NCBI RefSeq assembly: GCF_031663095.1
Contig: NZ_CP134366.1
Length of the DNA stretch: 32,000 nt
Strand: one strand, 5' to 3'
Source of the DNA: Escherichia coli
Lineage (GTDB): Bacteria; Pseudomonadota; Gammaproteobacteria; Enterobacterales; Enterobacteriaceae
Position 1 is the first letter of the stretch. Each line of letters begins with the position of its first letter. This document shows, piece by piece, positions 27,007 to 32,000 of this stretch. A model generated the notes under the pieces. The model had not been told where the DNA came from. It was given only the letters and a program-made list of their open reading frames with translations, and ran no database searches. Both the position numbers and the translations under genes were made by a program.

Positions 27007-29340
27007 TCAGGCTGTTGCAGGGTCGTCACATTTTGGCAGCCAGTCGCCGTAGCTTTCCTCTTTCAGCGTCAGGTTGGTCTGTATCCCCTGTTTGGTATGG
27101 CGCTTCTCGTAATTCAGTCCGTATTCCTTCAGCATCACCGGCAGCCCCAGCCCGAACATTTTCAGACTGAGTACATTCCGGTAGCCGTTTGCCTCCATGT
27201 AGGCCAGATAGGCGTGATAGAGGTATTTACGGTAATTACGCGGGATGATACTGGCGTTCCCCATATACATGCCGCTGGTCTGCGGCAGGGTTTCCAGATA
27301 GCCGATAAAATCAAACGTCGGGTCGGCATCCCGTTTGATGTTCAGTGCCTCGTCTGAGTTCTGCTGGGACTGAAGCAGTGACCGGGCGAGCATCGGGTCG
27401 CTGAACTTCTGCATCAGGTGACGCACGATGACCGCCAGCTCGCGGGTGATTTTGTCTTTAAGCTGCGGGTCGCGCTCCTGCGGGGCTATCTGTTCCGGGA
27501 AGTGAATAATCACCCGCCGGCGTGACACGCCGCCGCTGCGGTCGGTGAAGCGCATCGGGTTATTGTTCACGGCCAGAATCACCGCCGGGATATGCGTGGA
27601 GTACGCATCCCGGTATTTCGGGTCAACGGACACCGCATCGCCGCCGGTGATGGCCTTGAGTCCGGCTCCGTCGCCGCTCCATTTTTCCTGGTCCGGCAGG
27701 CGTATCAGTGAGAAGCCAGTTAACGCGGCACGTTCACGCGGGGATTCCAGCGTCTCAATGGTGGCCGATGTGGCGTTATCCTCCCCGGCCAGCAGGGTGG
27801 CTATTTCGGCCATGATACTTTTGCCGCTGCCGCCGGGACCGGTCACCTCCAGAAAGAGCTGCCAGTCGTAGCGGTTTGCCAGCACCATAAACAGTGCGGC
27901 CAGAATCACGTCGCGTTTTTCCGCACGACCACCGGCAGCACGGTCAAGCCAGCGCCAGAACGCGGGAGCGTGGGTTTCCAGCGTTTCACCGTCCACCGGC
28001 GGGGTGAAATCCACATCGCACAGGGTGCGCATCCAGTGTGACGGACTGTGCGGGTGGAACGTGCCGTTCTGCGTGTCGAGCACGCCGTTACGAAAGCCAA
28101 TCAGGCGGCGGGAGGGGGCTTCCTGCTGCGGAATAATCAGCTTCAGGGTGTCCACCACGGAGGCCACCTTCCCGGAGGAGAACGGCGCGCGCAGACGCTG
28201 AAACAGCCCGGCCACATCCCGGGCAAAGTCCTGTGGCGGCAGCACCTTCCAGACACCATTTTCATAGCGGGACAGAAGCTGGCCGTTGGCATCGACCGCG
28301 AGCGCCTCGCCGTAATGCTCATAGATACGCATGGCCTTTTCGCTGGTACTCATGGCGGAAAACTCTGCTTCGCTCATGGTGTCGAACGGGCTTTCAGCCG
28401 GTGGCCGGATGGCATCATAAATGGCCTTACGGGTGGCTTCCCCGCCGTACTGCGTGAAGGCATCATTCCAGTCACCGAAGACCGGCGGCAGGGCAACAAC
28501 ACCTTCACACGCATCTGCGGCTGCGGCGGCTTTTTTCTGGCCGTCACCGCTGAGGTCACGGTCAGCAGCAAGGACAATCTGACAGGCCGGATGCTTCTGC
28601 CGGGCAAGGCTGGCCAGAGAAAGGAGATTCACGGAAGAAAGCGCCACCATCACCGTTTCACCGGTCAGGTGATGCACGGTAAGTGCGGTCGCGTATCCCT
28701 CCGCTATCCACAGACGTTTTCCGGCCTGATTCTGTCCTTCAAGGGTGTGACAGGTGCCCCTGACCTGTCCGCCTTTCAGGGTGCGCTTACGGCCGTCAGC
28801 ACTGATTAACTGAAGGTTAACCAGTTCGCCGCTGTCGTCATACAGTGGCACCACAAGGTCACCGGCACGCCAGCTCACGCCACCGGCTCTGTGTGTGCCG
28901 GTCAGCATCCGGCATTCCCGGCCGGGAAAGCCCTTGCGGGTCAGGTAGGCGTTACCGGTTCCGGGACGGGTTTTCGCCATCAGGGTTTGTGCCAGTGCGG
29001 CGGCGTTCTTCCGGGCAGCGTCTGTTTCAGCACCGGCGGCAGCCGTCACTGCCGGGTCAGCCGGGGGCAGACTGCCGGTCACGGCAGCCACCTTTGCGGC
29101 CGCGTCGGACGGGGAAACACCAAACACCTTTTCAACCAGTTTCAGGCCGTCACCGGCACCACACTGATTGCAGTACCAGGTGCCGCGCCCCTCCCTGTCA
29201 TCAAAACGGAAGCGGTCACTCCCGCCACAGACCGGACAGGGCTGATGACGGTTTTTCAGCACCTGAATCCCCAGCGCCGGGAGAATACGCTGCCAGTGGC
29301 CGAGCGCATGGCTGACGGTGGCGGTTACGTTCATTTTCAT
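27007..29340 (-). CDS. P4 alpha-like replication protein (zinc-binding primase, SF3/DUF5906-type helicase, C-terminal origin-binding region)
   Basis: 777 aa; zinc finger CPVCGGSDRFRFDDREGRGTWYCNQCGAGDGLKLV; TOPRIM region LWIAEGYATALTVHHLTGETVMVALSS; Walker A GPGGSGKSIMAEIATLLAG. Confidence 0.93.
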   Translation of the reverse strand: MKMNVTATVSHALGHWQRILPALGIQVLKNRHQPCPVCGGSDRFRFDDREGRGTWYCNQCGAGDGLKLVEKVFGVSPSDAAAKVAAVTGSLPPADPAVTAAAGAETDAARKNAAALAQTLMAKTRPGTGNAYLTRKGFPGRECRMLTGTHRAGGVSWRAGDLVVPLYDDSGELVNLQLISADGRKRTLKGGQVRGTCHTLEGQNQAGKRLWIAEGYATALTVHHLTGETVMVALSSVNLLSLASLARQKHPACQIVLAADRDLSGDGQKKAAAAADACEGVVALPPVFGDWNDAFTQYGGEATRKAIYDAIRPPAESPFDTMSEAEFSAMSTSEKAMRIYEHYGEALAVDANGQLLSRYENGVWKVLPPQDFARDVAGLFQRLRAPFSSGKVASVVDTLKLIIPQQEAPSRRLIGFRNGVLDTQNGTFHPHSPSHWMRTLCDVDFTPPVDGETLETHAPAFWRWLDRAAGGRAEKRDVILAALFMVLANRYDWQLFLEVTGPGGSGKSIMAEIATLLAGEDNATSATIETLESPRERAALTGFSLIRLPDQEKWSGDGAGLKAITGGDAVSVDPKYRDAYSTHIPAVILAVNNNPMRFTDRSGGVSRRRVIIHFPEQIAPQERDPQLKDKITRELAVIVRHLMQKFSDPMLARSLLQSQQNSDEALNIKRDADPTFDFIGYLETLPQTSGMYMGNASIIPRNYRKYLYHAYLAYMEANGYRNVLSLKMFGLGLPVMLKEYGLNYEKRHTKQGIQTNLTLKEESYGDWLPKCDDPATA

Positions 29341-29354
29341 GGTGTTGTTCTCCT

Positions 29355-29675
29355 TCAGTGCAGTACCGGCGCTTTTATGTGACGGGAACAGAGTTCATCC
29401 ATCACAACCAGCCCGAGAAAGGACAGCGACGGCGCGGCCTTCAGGGGGCCGGATTCCATTAAATCTTCCAGCAGGGCACAGGCTATCTGACGCCCTTTTT
29501 CCTCACCGTGCTGGCGCAGATAAAAGCCTTCCAGCTCAGCGGCGATGGCCGCCTCCAGTGACTCAAGGGTGAGATGCGGGTAGCGGTGCTGACGTTCGCA
29601 CACGGTCAGCCAGGCACAGGCGACAGCGCGACGGTAAAGGGCAGCGCGTAAGGCGGGCGGTAAGGGTGTTTTCAT
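29355..29675 (-). CDS. P4 ORF106-like conserved protein (DUF5375-like)
   Basis: 106 aa [76 protein letters not shown]...; immediately upstream of alpha. Confidence 0.7.
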   Translation of the reverse strand: MKTPLPPALRAALYRRAVACAWLTVCERQHRYPHLTLESLEAAIAAELEGFYLRQHGEEKGRQIACALLEDLMESGPLKAAPSLSFLGLVVMDELCSRHIKAPVLH

Positions 29676-29924
29676 TTGTTTTCCTCCCTGTGACAGATGA
29701 CTGCATTCCGTGCCGGTTGCATTAACTGATAAGGCATATCTGCGTCTCCTGAAGACGTGCGTATCCCTGCGCGAATACGCACATTTAATTTTTCGGGTGT
29801 CGTTTTTTAATTACAGATAATTGCGGTAACTGTTATCCGGGGTGATTTCCGGGTCAGGCTCCGTGCGGGGAATTTCCCGCCATTCCCGCGCTACCGGTGC
29901 TGCCCGGCTGACCGGAACAGTGTC

Positions 29925-30266
29925 CTACGGGTAAATATCCAGATATTTTTCCCGCCATTTCTGTAATTCCGGGTCTCCGGCCATTTCTTTCAGTACCGCA
30001 TGCCGGTTTACGGGGCTGCGTTTAAACAGGTCAGGACGGTCACAGGTAAATTCCCGCAGAAAACGCCCCAGCGGGATGTCTGTGGTGCGTCCGTCAGCGA
30101 GGATACGCACAAGGATACTGAATTTACGGCGGTACGGGTTCCAGACAATGTCCGGGCAGCGGTACGGCATTTCCCACGGAATACCGTCTTCCAGAATGCC
30201 GACCACGGCCACATCGGGAAAACCGGCAGAACGGCAAATCTCACCGGGCTGGGGAAAATCAAACAT
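29925..30266 (-). CDS. P4-family small early-operon protein, function unknown
   Basis: 113-aa ORF overlapping the end of the upstream gene by 8 nt; FPQPGEICRSAGFPDVAVVGILEDGIPWEMPYRCPDIVWNPYRRKFSILVRILADGRTTDIPLGRFLREF. Confidence 0.6.
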   Translation of the reverse strand: MFDFPQPGEICRSAGFPDVAVVGILEDGIPWEMPYRCPDIVWNPYRRKFSILVRILADGRTTDIPLGRFLREFTCDRPDLFKRSPVNRHAVLKEMAGDPELQKWREKYLDIYP

Positions 30267-30546
30267 GCGTCATGTCTCCCCGGTCTTTCTGCTGGGCGAG
30301 AAAATCGCGGCACAGGCCTTTGGCTTTCAGCTCATTCAGCACAAAATCAATATCTTCATTCAGGTAGCTGAAAATATGCGGAATGTAGAGCTGATGCAGG
30401 CCGGAGAGTTCACGGTGAATCAAATCACCCCCAACAAACTGGGATACGGCGCTGGCGCGGTTGAGCTTATGGTAAGCCTCAATGCTGAGGTGTTCACGGG
30501 CGTCATGACGCGCTGAGACGGTCTGAGGGGCTTTTTTATTACGCAC
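30259..30546 (-). CDS. P4 epsilon-like (derepression) protein, 95 aa
   Basis: [95 protein letters not shown]; size and position fit P4 epsilon. Confidence 0.55.
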   Translation of the reverse strand: MRNKKAPQTVSARHDAREHLSIEAYHKLNRASAVSQFVGGDLIHRELSGLHQLYIPHIFSYLNEDIDFVLNELKAKGLCRDFLAQQKDRGDMTHV

Positions 30547-30736
30547 GGGACACCTCCATCACCGGCAGACGGGCAGCAAGGGAGAGCACATAGTCACGGA
30601 CAAGGGAACGGCGGGCACTGCGTTCATCACCGGCGACGGTGCGAAGCATGCAGATACGGGGATGACGGTCTGCGCGACGGACAGCCGCAAACACAAAGAC
30701 AAATTCAGGGTGTGAGGGGGTAAGGGTTGTAGCCAT
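30539..30736 (-). CDS. Icd-like/Kil-like host cell division inhibitor family protein (65 aa)
   Basis: [65 protein letters not shown] preceded by GGAGG RBS; the longer 211-aa ORF on the track runs back through the RNA immunity region. Confidence 0.62.
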   Translation of the reverse strand: MATTLTPSHPEFVFVFAAVRRADRHPRICMLRTVAGDERSARRSLVRDYVLSLAARLPVMEVSRA

Positions 30737-30744
30737 GATGGCAG

Positions 30745-31031
30745 CCTCCGTTAGATAGCAGGTTACGCTATCGCCGGAGTTCTCACGCTCGATGGCGATA
30801 GCCCAGACGGGGGTGAGAATACCGGCTCTAACGGATACCGGCCAGCCCGGAGGCTGCCCCGCCTGAGCTACCATTGACTCAGTGGCATAACATGCGATTG
30901 CGAACAGGATCATACCTGCACGGCAAACCACACGCCACACCATAATCTGGCGCTCTGTGGCGTTGATTGCGACACAAAAAAAGACGCATGGCGCGTCATA
31001 TGTCGCCGTTAGATTGCTCGGGTTCTCACGC
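30745..31031 (-). promoter_or_regulatory. P4-type RNA immunity leader (seqA and seqC targets flanking a CI RNA)
   Basis: Minus transcript has GCGTGAGAACCCGAGCAATCTAACGGCG (~31031-31004) and GCGTGAGAACTCCGG...CTATCTAACGGAGG (~30788-30745), both complementary in two blocks to CCGTTAGAGCCGGTATTCTCACC (~30834-30812) lying between them. Confidence 0.65.
30800..30880 (-). ncRNA. Candidate CI-like immunity RNA (boundaries approximate)
   Basis: Contains TCCGTTAGA (30835-30827) and TTCTCAC (30819-30813), complementary to both flanking TCTAACGG and GTGAGAA elements, as expected for P4 seqB. Confidence 0.5.
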
Positions 31032-31125
31032 CCGGCTGCCGATTTTGCGGCAGCGGAAAAACTATATCCGCAAATGCCGGAAAAAGGCAAGCCAGAAAAA
31101 GGGAGTTTTTGCAGAGCGGGCATCA

Positions 31126-31392
31126 TCATGCGTCGTACCCCCGTTTGCGTCCGGCAATGCGCCCGGCCATCCATGCGGTGACTTCAGAGTGCAGCCAGGC
31201 CACATTTTTACCGCCAAGACTCACCTGCGGCGGAAATTCCCCCTTACGGATGAGTTCATAGATGGTCGAGCGTGACAGGCCGCACAGGTGCATCACTTCC
31301 GGCAGACGTAAAAAACGCTCCTGCGTGATGTCCGGCAGCGGCATCAGTGGCGTCACAGGGGCGGGAGACGGGGAAGAAAAAACAGCTTGCAT
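31126..31392 (-). CDS. AlpA/Vis-family excisionase-like regulator (P4 orf88-like)
   Basis: 88 aa with MerR/AlpA-like HTH: [60 protein letters not shown]. Confidence 0.88.
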   Translation of the reverse strand: MQAVFSSPSPAPVTPLMPLPDITQERFLRLPEVMHLCGLSRSTIYELIRKGEFPPQVSLGGKNVAWLHSEVTAWMAGRIAGRKRGYDA

Positions 31393-31670
31393 CGGGCTAC
31401 CTCGTTAATGTCCATACAGCACCGGACAAGTCCGTCCGGCTTCGGGTAGCGCTTTATTTTGTGAATATTTTCAGCAGACGCAACAGGGGGGATTTGTTCC
31501 GGCAGCCTTACAATGGCTGTGCATTTTTTGTACATCAGCGCCAGATAGCTTTAAAACGCTCTGGAAGGAGCTGGAAAAAATTATAGTGAAATACAAATTA
31601 TTTTTTCTTATTTATTTCAGTGAATTAATAAAAATAAAAAGTAATAAACAGCACAAAAAGCCCATCAACG

Positions 31671-31774
31671 GGTGAACAGTGGTGAACAGACGGTGAACAG
31701 TCATTACTGCGATTGTTCACCCTTTAACTTACTGTATTACTTATCTTTTTTCTTATGGTGAACAGAGGTGAACA
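31671..31774. promoter_or_regulatory. ori-like iteron cluster for the alpha protein
   Basis: GGTGAACA at ~31671, 31681, 31692, 31757, 31767 and inverted TGTTCACC at ~31714, in AT-rich DNA upstream of alpA. Confidence 0.75.
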
Positions 31775-31943
31775 GTAAAATATAAAAAAACAAACAGTAA
31801 GCCGGTTTTTCCTGCGACCTTTTCCTGGCTTGCCGGTCTGAGGATGAGTCTCCTGTGTCAGGGCTGGCACATCTGCAATGCGTCGTGTTGTTGTCCGGTG
31901 TACGTCACAATTTTCTTAACCTGAAGTGACGAGGAGCCGGAAA

Positions 31944-32000
31944 ATGTCTGACAACACCATCCCTGAATATCTGCAACCCGCGCTGACACAACTGGAAAAG
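31944..32000 (+). CDS. 5' end of a P4-family accessory/late-region gene (truncated by window end)
   Basis: GAGGAGCCGGAAA-ATG then MSDNTIPEYLQPALTQLEK...; open to the window edge, good RBS. Confidence 0.6.
   Translation, partial: MSDNTIPEYLQPALTQLEK

Larger units (their letters stand above)
26509..32000. mobile_element. P4-family satellite-prophage-like integrative element, left part (continues beyond window)
   Basis: selC-end att duplicate, crr-like iterons, alpha primase/helicase, P4 small early genes, RNA immunity repeats, AlpA/Vis, ori-like iterons, in P4 order. Integrase not in window. Confidence 0.9.

Noticed and set aside
27545-29572. Plus-strand ORFs opposite the alpha gene (27545..27871, 28048..28809, 28845..29315, 28891..29382)
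   Set aside because: Antisense shadow ORFs of a GC-rich, well-supported primase/helicase gene.
30737-31174. N-terminal extension of the 211-aa minus ORF 30539..31174
   Set aside because: The extension overlaps the RNA immunity complementarities, while a GGAGG-preceded ATG at 30736 gives the recognisable 65-aa protein. A longer Ash-like product cannot be completely excluded.

Overview
This looks like an Escherichia chromosomal segment around the selC region. Backbone genes recognised: adeQ/yicO, yicN, nepI, yicS, nlpA, yicL and setC. Two accessory blocks interrupt them. (1) Between nepI and yicS (~4.2-22.1 kb): a giant intimin/invasin-type inverse autotransporter (3515 aa) with 17 near-identical 97-aa Ig-like repeats, a HilA-like regulator, and an operon encoding SipD/C/B-like type III translocators plus a SicA/IpgC-like chaperone. 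The gene content and order match the air-eilA-eipDCB-eicA locus described in enteroaggregative E. coli, so the locus itself is not new. (2) From ~26.5 kb to the window end: the left part of a P4-family integrative element. It has a 21-bp duplicate of the selC 3' end as attachment site, a crr-like iteron region, the alpha primase/helicase, small early genes, a recognisable P4-type RNA immunity region (complementary seqA/CI/seqC), an AlpA/Vis gene and an ori-like iteron cluster. The most useful second-look items are: a degraded toxin gene next to an intact antitoxin (start codon and internal stop lesions); a short uncharacterised ORF with an A7 tract between eicA and eipB that becomes 60 aa with a one-base change; the repeat-array duplication structure in the giant adhesin; the RNA immunity region and a 181-bp duplicated iteron block in the P4-like element; and a RhuM remnant next to the selC att scar. 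I found no convincing evidence of a wholly undescribed multi-gene system.
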